From Marsupella aquatica (lineage: Eukaryota > Plantae > Marchantiophyta): a DNA stretch of 64,000 nucleotides. The DNA is taken from assembly GCA_973895155.1 (NCBI GenBank), contig OZ316896.1:6252166-6316165 (forward strand), written 5' to 3'. The position numbers and the translations under genes were made by a program. This document shows, piece after piece, positions 36,641-50,200 of the stretch. Each line of letters opens with the position of its first letter. The stretch's first letter is position 1. Below the pieces are notes generated by a model that was not told where the DNA came from, searched no databases, and worked only from the letters and a program-made list of their open reading frames with translations.

Positions 36641-39525
36641 ATTGAGCATCAATAGATGTACATTTAACTTAAAAAGTGTACATGTTAGTGCAATTGGCCT
36701 AGAAATTGTAACATTGAGTGCAAAAAGTGTACATTTTTCTAGCATTTGTTATTATATTCATAAAAATTTGATGAATAAGAAAATTAATTTAATTATGCAG
36801 AAAACATTCATTATTACAATTGATTACAGAATATAACAAGCATTATATATAATTATAATATTAATGACATTGTCCACTTGGTCAGAAATTTACAAAATGG
36901 CATGGTCTCACATAACTATTTGAGTAAGTGGTGTTTGAGTGACTTACACGAGGATTTACATAAAAAACTACCTAATTATATTTTAGAAACAACTAAGTCT
37001 ACTTTTCCATTCTTTGTAGATAACTTTGAATTTTTTGTAGAAATTTGAGGAATACTCAGACATTTGCCCGCCATTGTTTGCTCTTTCACGCCAAACTTAA
37101 ACCACACATTGTAGAATTTGCATACTGTCTATGTTGAGTGTTCTCACCAAACCTTGGATCTCGTTCACATGTATTAGTGGACATGAATTCATGGGGCCAT
37201 TGTAACGTGCAAGAAAACAATAAAAAAATGTACTTGCACTAGCAATAGTTTCAGTCACATGACCCCTAATTTTCTATATCCAAGTGACTCGCAAACAATA
37301 ACCTGGTAGGTAAAATTCATTTTGGGGACTCCTCCATATGGAGTCTTTAAAAAACACTAAAAATAAAAAGGCAGCAAAAATCAAAATAAATTAAAAAAAC
37401 TCTAATGACTTGCTAAGAACACTCTTCTCACATTTTGCTTGCATCTTACTATTATAATACCCTATCCCACCAAAAGTGGTGGATTGTCAGTTTACAAAAT
37501 CACTTTTGGAGGGAACATTCCATGACCATGGATTTATAAGCTCTTTTATCCTGGCCTTCCATCAATTAAAAAAAAAGCAATCTTCCTAACCCAAAACAAA
37601 CAAGACAAAGTATTTTGATGTACACCAAAATTCTGAAAGAGGGGCATGATGACATACCCTTAATGTGAGTGCCATTGGAATGGGGGCACTTGGGACACCA
37701 TCATGAGGGATAATGACTAGGAGACACACAGTTCAAAGTAGGGAGGGCAATTAATGATGCACCCATGGGTGAAGGGATGAATAGTGTCACACCCTCACAT
37801 AAGTATAAGATAGGGGATGAGACAAAGGAAAGCAAAGGCAGGTGAATCAAAATTAAAAAATATTAATAATACAATAAGAGGGAAAAAGGGAAAAAAAAAG
37901 GACACCCTTGCCTTTCATTGGGTTTTTTAAGGAGGGAGAGGCAGCCCAAGAGAAAGGGGAGAGGGGGCCATGAGGAGGAGGGGGGTACCTGGGGTTGTGT
38001 AAATGTGCCGGCTTTTATTGTCATCACCTATCTACTTTATCATTTTTGACATGGATATCTTTTACAAAATAATGTCTTTCACACAATGACATCTTTTTTG
38101 CAATGTGCAAGTTTTGAATACAACCACAACAAATGTATGGTCAGGACCACACATAACATGTCTCAATCACTGCATTGCAAAACCTACATTCTTGCCTCGA
38201 CTTAACATCCTTTTCTAATCTCGCCATCTTTTTCTCACCTTGGTATCTTTCTCTCATCACAACATCTTTTCTCTCCTCGACATCTTTTAATCAGCTCGAC
38301 ATCTTTTTCTCAGCTCAACATCTTTTCTCCCCTCGATTTCTTTAGCACTCCCCCATGCACTCAACATCATTTTCTTTCCTTGACATTTCTTCTCACCTTG
38401 ACATTTTATCTTTTTCTCACCTTGACATCTTGTATCTCATCGTGCCATCTTTTTCTCACCTTGATATTTTCAGTGGTGGACCTAGCCACCCAACGCTCTC
38501 ACCAATCCCAACACCCACACCTAAGTGCCGTTGGCGCCGAACGCCTCCACGGAACTCCTTGAGCAAGCATCTTGATGCTCTTTGCATCCCTCACGACAAC
38601 TCCCATACAAGGCTACACTTGCTCCCTAACCCGACCGTCGCTCAACGTTCCTCACGGTCTGCACAAGCACCCAAACACTCCGGTAAGTAACCTCAAAAGG
38701 ATCTAGATCTCCCCAAGTCTAGCATCTTAACTCAAGCTCAACAAACATTGGTAAGTAGGTCAATGATAGGTCCCCGGATAGGTCATCTTGTTACCATAAG
38801 CCATATTAACCAAAATTGACACCCATTGTTTGTCCAGAACAACCCCTTTTTGGGTGCTGCCCGGGTTCCCCCTTGTACCTATCCATCACCAACTGACCAC
38901 CCTGCCCCAAGGACATGCTCATGGCCCAAATGGCGTAGCTTTTCCCAACACGTCGGGACTAGAATAGTCTTTACTCTAACGACCAACTTATGGGTTTCAT
39001 TGCACTGATGGCCTAGGGGCCCAGTGCACTTGTAACTCAACTTCCATGTCTACTTGGCTTTGCCTCCCTAACGCAAGCTCCCTTGGGAGACTGAACGCGG
39101 CTTGGCTACTATTTCGGCAAGATTAGGCAAGCGGACGAGATAGCCCCCGCAAACCCCAAGAACCCTGTAATAAACCGTCAGCTCCGGACTAGACAACAAT
39201 GCAAAAACATGAGAGACACTCAATCAGACGCTACACCGACGAGACACCCCGAGTGGAGAAACTCCTGAAGGCTCCATAGCAAATGAGAGTACATGTGAAG
39301 AATGAGGGAGAGAGTGCTCTCCCTCCGGCCTATACCCCCCAAGGGGGCCAAGATGAGTGGGCCTAAACAAAGCGGATCTTATCCTAATGTAATCCAGGGT
39401 TAACTAACCCTAGTAAGGCCAAATAAACTAAGTTGGGAACTCGAGTCAATTCCTAACAATCTCCACCTTGACTCCAGTTCACACAATGAGTCAGGTGATA
39501 TACAATACATAACTAAGTAGCATAT

Positions 39526-42500
39526 CTACATAGTCTCCGGTTTGGCCCTAACATTAATAATATCCACACAATGACTAAAGCTACTAGTAGGTAAAACTTT
39601 GGTAAGCATGTCTGCCGCATTCTCCTCTAAAGCCACCTTCTCCAGAAACATTTGCTTTGTCTCAATCACCTCACGGATGAAGTGATAACGAATGTCAATG
39701 TGCTTTGTCCTGGCATGGAACACAGGGTTCTTAGCCAAATGCAAAGCACTTTGACTGTCACATAGCAGCACCGGTCTTTCAGGTGAAAGACCCAGATCAC
39801 TCACCAATCTTCGTAGCCAAATCAGCTCCCTGGTTGCCTCACATGCAGCCATGTACTCAGCCTCAGTAGTAGACAATGCAACACAAGATTGAGTTGCCGA
39901 CTTCCAGCTGATACAACCTCCACCCAGCATAAACACATAGCCTATAGTAGACTTCCTGTTATCCAAGTTACCAGCATAATTTGAATCTACAAAACCTTCC
40001 AACTCTAATGTAGAGTCTGCTTCACCGTCAAATAAGATCCCACAATCTAAGGTACCTTTCAGATACCGCACAACCCACTTCACTGCTTCCCAGTAAAGCT
40101 TACCAGGATTTGCCATAAATTTGCTCAAAATGCTAACAACATGGGCAATGTCAGGTCTAGTGCATGTCATCACATACATCAAACTACCCACAACACTATC
40201 ATAGGGAACATGTTTCATCGCCAATCTATCACTCTCACTAGAAGGGCAATCATTCTTTGAGAGTTTAAAGTGGGAAGCCAATGGAGTACCAACTGGTTTT
40301 GCATTCTCCATTCCATACTTGGCAAGTACCTTCTCCAAATACTGCCGCTGAGACAACCATAATTGCCTCTGCTCCCTATCACGATGAATCTCCATCCCTA
40401 GAATCTTCTTGGCCTGACCCAAGTCCTTCATTGAAAACTCCTTACTCAACATTGCTTTCAGATGAGCAACATCAGACTTATTCTCAAGGATGAGCATGTC
40501 ATCCACATACAATGCCAACACAATGTAACCAAAGCGTGAGTAATTCTCCACCTCCTTCATGTAAATACAACAATCATGTTCACTTCGTGTGAACCCCTGA
40601 GATAACATGAAGGAATCAAAACGCTTATTCCACTGTCTGGGACTCTGCTTCAATCCGTATAACGAGCGCAAGAGCTTCCACACCAAATGTCTGGTCTTCT
40701 CGTCAATAAAACCTGGAGGCTGAGTCATATAAATCTCCACATCAAGCAATCCATGCAGGAAAGTAGTAATTACATCCATCTGATCTAACTCAAGATCATA
40801 GAATGCCACAATCGCAAGTAAAACACGGATAGTAGTGAGTTTGACAACTGGTGAGAAAATCTCCATGTAGTCCAAGCCCTCCTTCTGGGTGTACCCTTTG
40901 GCCACAAGGCGTGCCTTGTAAGTGCCATCCTGCTTCTTCTTGTACAACCATCTACACGGAACTAGTGTTTTCCCGCGAGGCATGTCAGTTAAGCGCCAAG
41001 TTGAATTCTTCTTCAAAGAATTCATCTCCTTCAACATCGCCTCCATCTACTTATCCTTCTCTGGAGAGGCCATAGCTTCTTCATAGCTAGAGGGGTCTCC
41101 ATCTTCAGTAAGCAAAATAACACCGGGATAATCGTCATGTTCAACAACGTGAACACGAGGATCTGCAAAACCAAATCTATCAGGGGGTTGGCCAAAATTG
41201 GCCCTGATGGAGCGCCTTGGTTGAGAAATTGCTCCTCTACCAGAGGGACCAACAGCTTCCTCATCACCACCAAGCTCCACCGTAGTGGGTTCATCCACCT
41301 GTTCCTCCTAAATATCCCGGGGTCTTGACAACCATTCTTTGTCAAAAACAACATTTCTGCTCATAACTGCCTTGCAATCGACAGGATCCCACAATTTATA
41401 GCCCTTCTGCCCAGGACTAAAGCCTAGAAAAATACATTTCTTAGACTTGGGATCCAACTTAGACCTGTGTGTCTGCTCAATGTAAACATAGGCAACACAA
41501 CCAAAAACTCAGAGTCTAGAGCTCGGGGGTTAACTAAGTGTATATTTTGGGGTACCACGTGCGATCCTAGCCTAATATAAATAAACCTATTTTATAAAGA
41601 AAATATTCCAAGAATATTCTTTATTTTCAATATTAATAACCTATTTTACTTTATAAAGGGTATATATTAAAGAATATTCTATAAACATGAGTTTATGATA
41701 CCTTCTTTTGCCTTTCCGCTTTTTAAAAATTTAGTTAAAATCTGCCAAAAATACCTATTTTGGATCGCACGTGGTTCCTAAGATTTTTGATAGTCAACCC
41801 CCGAGGTCTAGAGTAATCAACAGGTCTCTTATACCACAACTCAAATGGAGTCTGCATCAACTTACTACTGTGCGGTGACAGATTGTAGACGTATGCAGCT
41901 TGGTTGACAGCTTCAGCCCAAAAGTTGTTGGGCAACTTGGACTTACATAGCATGCTACGTGCTTTCTCCAGTAATGTCCGATTCAACCGTTCTACAACTC
42001 CATTCTGCTGCGGCGTCTCCGGTACAGTATAATGACGCTTGAGGCCAAGGTCCCGACCAAATTGGTCAAACTCATTGGACTTATACTCACCACCGTTATC
42101 TGACCGAACACACTTCAACTCCTTTCCAGTCTGTAGCTTCACCATGGCTTTCCACTCCTTGAAGATCTCAAATACTTGAGACTTCTCCTTCATGTAGTAC
42201 AGCCAACACATTCAAGAGTAATCATCTATAAATGTCACAAAATATCTGGCTCCACCCAACGATGGTTCTGGCGCTGGACCCCAAACATCTGAATGTACAT
42301 ACTCAAGAATCTCATGAGAATGGTATGAACTAGAACTGAAACTCACTTTCCTCAGCTTGCCAAAGATGCAATCTTCACAAAAAGAGAGTTTACCGGATTG
42401 AGCACCTTGCAGCAAATCTCTATTTGCCAAGGCTGCCAATCCTTTACCACTCAAGTGCCCCAACCGTGCATGCCACAAATCTATGGCTTGTGTGCGACCA

Positions 42501-43831
42501 GTTGTTGAGAGTGCTTCAATTGAAGCAGCCGAAGATGACTCTATGGCAGATGTTGCCACTGCATCCGAGCGTTCCACCACAGAATCCACATGCTCCACTC
42601 TTGGAGCAATGACATCTCCTTCCAAGATGTACAAATTATTCTGCCGTAATGCCTTAATCAAAGATATATCATCTTTGACGACAAAGAGCGCACCATCACG
42701 TGCAGTGAAATGAGATCCACCAGCTTCCAAAGCACCAAGAGAAATCAAGTTCTTCAAGATGTCTGGTATGTGCCTGACTCCCATCAGTGCTCGCACAACA
42801 CCATCAAACATCCAAAATTTGATAGTCCACATGCCAACAATCGCACATCGGACACCATTTCCGATTTCCACAGTACCGATACAAGGTTGGTAAGTGGAGA
42901 AATACAATTGCGTTGGACATACATGATAAGAGGAACCCTAATCCAACATCCATTTATTGTCATACACAGAGTCCACAGCACCAATACATAGCACTTTAGC
43001 AGCATCCTCATTATCAGCAATCACAATACCAGCTGACGATGAGGACGCACCATTGGAAGCAGGACGCTTCTGCTTTGATAGAGAAGGACAATTCCACTTG
43101 GTGTGGCCCTTCTCATGGCAATGCCAACACTGAACTTTCTTACTACAGGACTTAGATTTAGATCTACTATGTGATTTAGATCTAGATTGATCCGTAGTAC
43201 GCTCCGTGGATCTGCCTCTAACCACTAAGGCAGCAGACTCATTGTCACGGCCAGAAAGTTGTCGCTTGCCCCATTCTGCAAGAACGGTAGCCTTCACCTC
43301 ATCCAACTTCAACGTAGACTTGTCATGTGTGATGACCGTCACCAATGTCAAATAGGTCTGAGGAAGCGACATCAACAAATGCATCGCAAGATACTCATCG
43401 GTCAACTTGTCTCCCGCCGTAGTCACCTCATGCACAATCTCATCAAAGAGACTGAGGTGATCGCGCATGTTGCCACCATCCTTCAACTTCAACCTGAACA
43501 GCCGCTCCAAGTGATAAATGCGAGTAGTCAACGAAGTGCTCTGGTAGAGCTGAGTAAGCATATCCCAGATCTTCTTGACATTCCGATCCATCCCCAACAC
43601 GTTCTTGAGAATGTTGTTTGCCAAGAACAACTCAATTGTGCTACACGCCTGCACCGACATGTCCTCCCACTCCTCATCTGTTAGATTTGAGGGTTTCACT
43701 CCAGTGAGGGTCTTCTCAAGACCCTGTTGGATCAACACATTGGTCACCTTCCGAGTCCAGAGGCTGAAGCTGACCTTCCCGTCAAACTTCTCCACCTCAA
43801 ACTTTGGCGCCGCAAGCTTTCTTGAAGTCAT
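39526..43831 (-). pseudogene. Copia B gag-pol, disrupted
   Basis: Motifs CWHCHEKGHTKWNC, WMLD*G, WHARLGH, SDNGGEY, LYVDDML and KHIDIRYHF. Stops at 42938, 42212 and 41047, a frameshift near 41340 and a MITE in integrase. Confidence 0.93.
41522..41805. mobile_element. 284-bp hAT-type MITE
   Basis: 15-bp TIRs ctcgggggtt(a/g)acta; 8-bp TSD gtctagag at 41514-41521 and 41806-41813; AT-rich core; inverted subterminal ccacgtgcgatcc. Confidence 0.92.
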
Positions 43832-46800
43832 TGATGCTGTCACAAACACACAGGAAACACACAACCAAAATACCTCCACCCAAAAATTCACCAAAAAATG
43901 AAAGTTGGCAAAAGTGGAAATGGAATGCACCCCCGCGTAGCCTGCAAGGTACACTGCCAAGATCTGAAAACAATTTGACAAAAAACTTTTTCAGCGAAAA
44001 CTTATTCAACCCGGACCGGAGGTGGGTCAAAATGGCCGTTTTGACCCCCGTCGGGTATCTTAGGTCCTGAAAAAATTCCACAACAGCAACGCACAAATCG
44101 ACTTCACTAGCCCGTGCTCAACTCCCTTGAGTATCCCCTTGCAAAGTGTTGTAGAAAAATTCTGCCTCGACGACCGTCGAAATTGAAAATTTCACGCAAA
44201 AATCAGTTCTCTGGAAAAGTATATTTTCCAGGGAATCAAAGTACAGTCAAAATGCACAGCAAAAGGAACGTGGAGTTGACACCTGCCTGCCTTGGAAGGA
44301 AGAGAAATCGCGGAAAGAAAAAGAAAGGAACAAATTAAAAAAGACAATGAGGACTAAGGATAAGCGTTCGTCCCCGCCCCCCGACCTCAAAAATTTCTTT
44401 TAGAAAAAACTTCCTGCCTTGCCCCTCCGACCCTCCTTCTCTCGCCCTTCACAGCCTGGGTACAAAAATACAGCTTCCAAGGGCATAGAGCGTGTGTGCT
44501 CCCCCCTCCCTTCCTTAGTGCCACACAAGCTTGGGCCCTAGGTACAAGCGTACCTGCCCCTTCCTTAAATGAAAATTCCCCACATTTGGGCCTTCCAAGC
44601 ACTTTGGATGCTTTGTACTTTGTACCACCTACACACCTGCAGTACCTTCTTTTCTGATGTCAAATGATAACTCCATGGGAAAGAAACTCTACGCTTCCTA
44701 TCCCCTTTATGGAGTGTTGTACTTGCAAGTACAACTATACCTGTTATGTGCAACTATTGCACACAGTACCTTCATACTTGGGAAATGATGGGTCCCCTCG
44801 TACCTTTGTACCTGCGTATAGGGTACAGGCCTAATCAAGGCCCCTCATACCCCCTCTAGCCTTGTATTGCCCTAATCCTCATGCACAAGCTCATACTTGT
44901 AGTCGCCCCCTCCTGTACTTGCACTTTAGTGTATATACACGCACGATGAGCGTGCGCGCCACCGCAAATTAGTGCGGCGCGGCAACTCACACAACAAAGA
45001 ATGATGAGAAAAATGGCAACAATCCGGCTCACGTATCCAAGTATTGAACAAGCTAAACGGTCCCACATACCCCACAGGACCCACAAAATGTGACATAAGC
45101 CATAATCAAGAGCGTTAAGCTCTAAACAGCAATCTCAATTCACTCTAATGATGAAACATCCTGAAAATTTTGCCAAGATATAGTGCTCGCCAATGCGCAT
45201 GAGTAATCGTTGGACTGTCCTCTTGACAGTACTTCAAAGAACAGAGACATGTCCGACACTCCACGATGAATCTTCAATCGGGAAACCGTCACCGCTTTCA
45301 AACACAAAACCTCCAACGAAAAACGACCAGTGAAACGATCACGCAACCGTCGTTGACGATTCAATCTTTCACCCCGATCCAGCACACAAACGCTCTCACC
45401 ACTGCCCAGGCCACCGAACCACGAACACGAAGCTCTGATACCACTTATAATAAACCGTCAGCTCCGGACTAGACAGCAATGCGGAAACATGAGAGACACT
45501 CAATCAGACGCTACACCGACGAGACACCCCGAGTGGAGAAACTCCTGAAGGCTCCATAGAAAATGAGAGTACATGTGAAGAATGAGGGAGAGAGTGCTCT
45601 CCCTCCAGCCTATGCCCCCCAAGGGGGCCAAGATGAGTGGGCCTAAACAAAGCGGATCTTATCCTAATGTAATCCAAGGTTAACTAACCCTAGTAAGGCC
45701 AAATAAACTAAGTCGGGAACTCGAGTCAATTCCTAACAAACCCATGACACCCCTAGACCTAGCTGAGCTCAGGAGGATGTAGTCCTCCTTGAGAGCTTTC
45801 CAACGCATCCAAGAAGTCTTCCAACAAACTTCTCATTGGGAAGTTATCGTTGTTTCCGTTTGACGTTTTTCCTTAGTGTCGTGACCATGGCGAGTCACAA
45901 CTTCAGGTCGCCCTTAGCCCCATGGAGACACCATTCTCATCATATGTGCTTCTGAAGTCCTGCCACCCCCGAACCTACTTTGGTCCCAAAATTTTGGCCC
46001 CCCACATGGACACCAACCTGCATATCTGGACGCGCCACCAATTGGCTATGTTGATAACTTGCTAGTTAGGCGTCCGTAGGCGCCACACGTAAGGGGTGTG
46101 GAGGGTATGTGTGTGTATGTGTGGGTAAGGTGTATCGGCGGGAGTCTTGTGTTAGCCCATGTGATTGGGCCGACCCAGTTCTCATGCCTAGGCCCTCACA
46201 ACCCATCGTCGCCCGGGGCCCTCGATCGGCCCAACCCAGGTTGGGCCGTAACTCATGCCTCAAGCGTCCGTTGCACATGGAGTAAACTCCATTTGCCTTG
46301 CGCACAACAGGAGCTCTCACTCAAGCCCTCAGAACTCAAAGTCCGTTTGGGGGTCCAGACGATTGATCTTGAGTCCGGCCCTTTCCCTTGACCCGACCAG
46401 CTTTCAGCTAGTCTAAGTCCTTAATGAGTGTCACCAGCTTAGTGCCTTGCCTTTGCCAGTGCCACGCCCCATTGTTCACAAGTCTCCCCATGCTAAGTCT
46501 TCCCCGGATGGCCGTTCCGGGCTTGGACCATAAGGGAGCTCGGTGTCGGAGTCAGCAACGCCAAAGCTAAGTGTTAAGGTAATCGAGTTCCGTGACTTTT
46601 TCAAAATAAATAAATTTATTTTACAAAAAAATTATAGGGGAAATGTGTGAAACCCCACAAAAAGAGAAGAGTCAACCACAATAGTTGGGAAGAGTCACTC
46701 ACAACAATTGAACCCAAGACCTATCGGTCTCTATTCAAGTGAGTTACCTCTCTCTGGGCTCATCTTGAACATTTTTATCTCATCAGGACATCTTTTACTC

Positions 46801-47283
46801 TCCTTGATTTCTTTCATCTCATCTTGCAATCTTTTATTCACCTTAATATTTTTTTTCACTTTAACATCTTTCCTCTCCTCAACATCTTTTGTGCAATATT
46901 TTCTCACCTCAGCATCTATTTTTCACCTTGCCATCTTTCTCTCCTCACTATCTTTTGTTCAATTTGCCCTCTTTATCTCCTCACCATCTTTTGTGCACAG
47001 GCATGGGCTAGTTATACAATTACTCGTCTCAAAACTTCAAAGTTGCGTGGCCAGTAACAAATGTCCCTACAGTAGGACTCCCTAGTTGCACGTTATTCTT
47101 GCACGATATTCTTGCACGTTAATATTACGGGACTAGTATCCAGGGGCTTTTTGTTCTTTGGCTTCTTGATGTGTGTAAGTGGTGCACTTGGATCAACATC
47201 TGAATTCGTGGAAGTGACTGGACACCTACAAATTGCTTCCGAAGCTAAGCGGCATTGGGAAAGTAGGCTGTCATTGTGCTTCA

Positions 47284-50200
47284 ATGGCGCTCGGATTGCA
47301 ACTGCTTCCTGTCCGCACAGGCTTGGAGAACGTTAATCGATGGAGGAATATCATCGGGGTGTCGCCGCGCACAACATGCTCCTTAACTTGTGTTTGGGTT
47401 CGACCTTCTAGAAATGGAAGCTTGGTACGAGGTTTTGGGGTCGCTTTAGAAAGGAGTCCAAAAGTTATTTCAGCTCAATGTCTTGCTGAAATTGATGGTG
47501 CCCCTTCACGATCGATGCGGGTGGTAGCACGAGGTTTCCTTGAAAGACGAAGCAATCTTAATGATCTGTTGATAAAATTTATGGCGAATGTACAGCTTCT
47601 TGGCATTCTCACTGCAGTTGCAGTCGGAGCAGGGGTGGCACCGCCTTTGGCATTAGCCTCAGGCCCTATTTCCTCCACTGAAAGGAGGCTGTATTCAAAT
47701 TCTGTGGAAGAGAGCTCGACTAAGTCGTCCGAGCCAAGCGATTTTGAGAAGGTCGAAGAGGAGACAATCCGGATTGATGTGAGACAAGATGCAGGAGTAT
47801 CACAGCGAACTGTAGGCCATACACTTGGTATTGACATGCTAAGATTTGATATGTCAATGATTCCATAGAGGAAGTCGTATTTGCAGATGGCGGTGAAGCC
47901 TACTCTGTTAGTAAAGTTTCTTTCCCGCGTCGGTCAATGTTTATTTCCACTCTTATTTTTCTACTTCTTGAATCGACTAATCTTTCCTTGAAGGGTCTTT
48001 TTGAATTGCAGAGCGATGGTAGTGTCCTTACTTGTTTGGTGATATGCTGCAATGTCGTTCATGAAAGCAAGTTCCAAACGTAGGTCGTACCTTTAGGTGA
48101 TAATATCTGTAACAAGGCCCTGTGGTTCTATCTGAGCTGGTGGTGAGAAAGCTGAACAGTTACCTCCTGTGCTCGGGACTCACAGTTGTAGCTTCGCACA
48201 CGCGACTAGAAGAAGAAACAGGCTCGCTAGGATCGTATTTCTAGTGTCAACGTGCTGTGCTAACTCGGTCGAGACGAAAGCGCTTTTCATTTTAGTCCTG
48301 ACTGAATACAAAACTTCCTATTTTCGTACAGAAAAAATATCTAAGGAACAGCACCATATTATCCTAAGCCAAACTTTTTGTGCAAGAATTGCAGTGGCTC
48401 CCGAGGATTCGATTGGTGATGACGAATTCGAGGATTTTCGCGCGCAACCTTACGCAATCACCGTACCACTCAGAATCGTTGGCCTTCGCGGGTCGGTACC
48501 TCCTGCTTGGCTCAAGGTTACTTGCTGACCCAAGCCGCTTTTCAAATGGACATTGTACAACAATTTGCCGGCGGGCTTTTTGTCTAAGTGAGGCTTCGCG
48601 CAAGTGAATCACAAGAAACGGATGATCAGTTTTGTTATGGTGGTAAAGCCTTGTGCATAATGGGCTGACATCATTGTGCGGGACGGTGATTGTGTGTCGG
48701 ACAGGACTTCCTGACCTCCCAGGGCAAACGAGTGAAGCTAACGGCAGAATTTCAGGGTAGTCTGAGAAGCATATTCTCAGAGCTCTCATCTGCTTTGGAG
48801 AGTCAAAAGCTTACGGCACGTTCAGTAATGGCTGCTGACCTTGTTACCATCGGGGATTCTTGGCTTTCGAAAGCTGTGTCAAGGGGTCTTATAAAACCTA
48901 TTGAGAACGCAGAGCAATTTGAGTGGTATCAGCGGATGGGCTCAAAATGGCAGGTACTCGTCCTTGCATCGTCTACCTCTTGTGAAGGTCAATCAGATTC
49001 GCTTTTCTCAATGACTCTGGTCCACGTGAGGACTGGTGACCGACGGAATTGGCGAAAAAGCACATCCAGTTCTTCATAGTAGTATGTCCTGTTTGACAAG
49101 GGCCTGATTTCTCTCTAGTGACTCTAGGAGTGCGATGAGTTTCATCCTTCAATAGGTAGGTCATACTCTGTGATAGTTACCTCTGTTTAGGCTGTGGGTT
49201 TCTCGTCACAGTCGCTCGATAATTTTTGGTCGTTTTTTCATGCAGCGGTCTTCCTTTCCTATTTGATGGAAGCTTGGCTAAAAAGTATTCTCCTTCAAAC
49301 ATGATGGTCTTAAATATCACATGGAGTTCTTTTGTCTTTCATCCTCTATGGGAGAGAGTTTGTGACGTCATTCGTGCACCTTTCGCATTGTCCTGGGATT
49401 TACAGGTCAGCGTTGTCTATCTTACTTCAGACCTTTCTTCGGAGAGACGAGAATGGAAATATAGATTCAAATGGAAAAGTGTGGGGCGTCCCTTACCGCT
49501 GGGGCAGTCTTGTCATTGCCTACAACCACAACAAGCTTCAGCAACATGGGATCCCAGCAATTAAGGTCATGGATGAGATAACAGTAAACATTCGTTCAAT
49601 TTAGGATAACTTTTCACTGGGCTTATATTCCATGTGTGGAAACTTGCATTTGTTTTTTGCTCATGAAAAAGCCTCATGTTCAAGGATTTTACTGAATGTC
49701 AGCCGTTGCAAATCTGAAATATAGGATTGGACGGACCTTTGGAATCCAGAGTTAGCAGGGAAGATATCTATGGTGGCATCGCCGAGAGAAATTGTTGGAG
49801 CAGTTCTTAAGGTCCTTGGTGCATCATACAATGTGAATGGCTTCGAGACTGATGTTCCAGGAGGACGACAGGCAATGAAAGAAAAGTTTCTTGCGTTTCA
49901 ACATCAGGTCTGTATGCTGCTAGTGTATGATGATTCGTCGACCTCTCGCCACCAAACGTGTCAATTGTGCTCAGTAACAGTAAACATATTTTGTTGATAG
50001 CCTGAAATTGGGTAATCGGGTTCCATTTCTCTTTTCCGTCTATTAGTGTCAACTCCTATTTTCTTTGAAAGGATTTCCTCGTTCATAGCCACCAAGTCAT
50101 GCTCTTGATGCCACTTGCTATTCATGGCACGCTATACTCCTGAAAGGGTTAGGCTTGATTGAGAAGTGGCCACCTCCAATCTGCTCAAGCCTATTATATG

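Larger units (their letters stand above)
39166..45738 (-). mobile_element. full-length Ty1/Copia LTR retrotransposon (family B), inactivated
   Basis: 293-bp LTRs at 39166-39458 and 45446-45738 (9 mismatches by eye). TSD aaccc at 39161-39165 and 45739-45743; PBS tggtatcagagc at 45443-45432; PPT aaggtggagat at 39469-39459. Confidence 0.97.
38470..46600 (-). mobile_element. Gypsy solo LTR (38470-39165 plus 45744-46600) interrupted by Copia B
   Basis: Both parts are colinear with the LTR at 53992-55440 (agtggtggacct...; ...gctaagtgttaaggta.tcgagttccg) and rejoin at the aaccc TSD. Confidence 0.88.
38050..47007. mobile_element. foldback-family repeat arm (38050-38469 and 46740-47007) split by nested insertions
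   Basis: The same catctttttctc(a/t)cct arrays as in 24402-27381 occur on both sides of the nest; terminal motif catcttttgtgcacaggcatggg at 46985-47007. Confidence 0.6.

Noticed and set aside
43831-43981. Hydrophobic N-terminal extension on Copia B Gag as a membrane/env segment
   Set aside because: Arises from an upstream alternative start in a T-rich leader; Gag similarity begins at the ATG at 43831.
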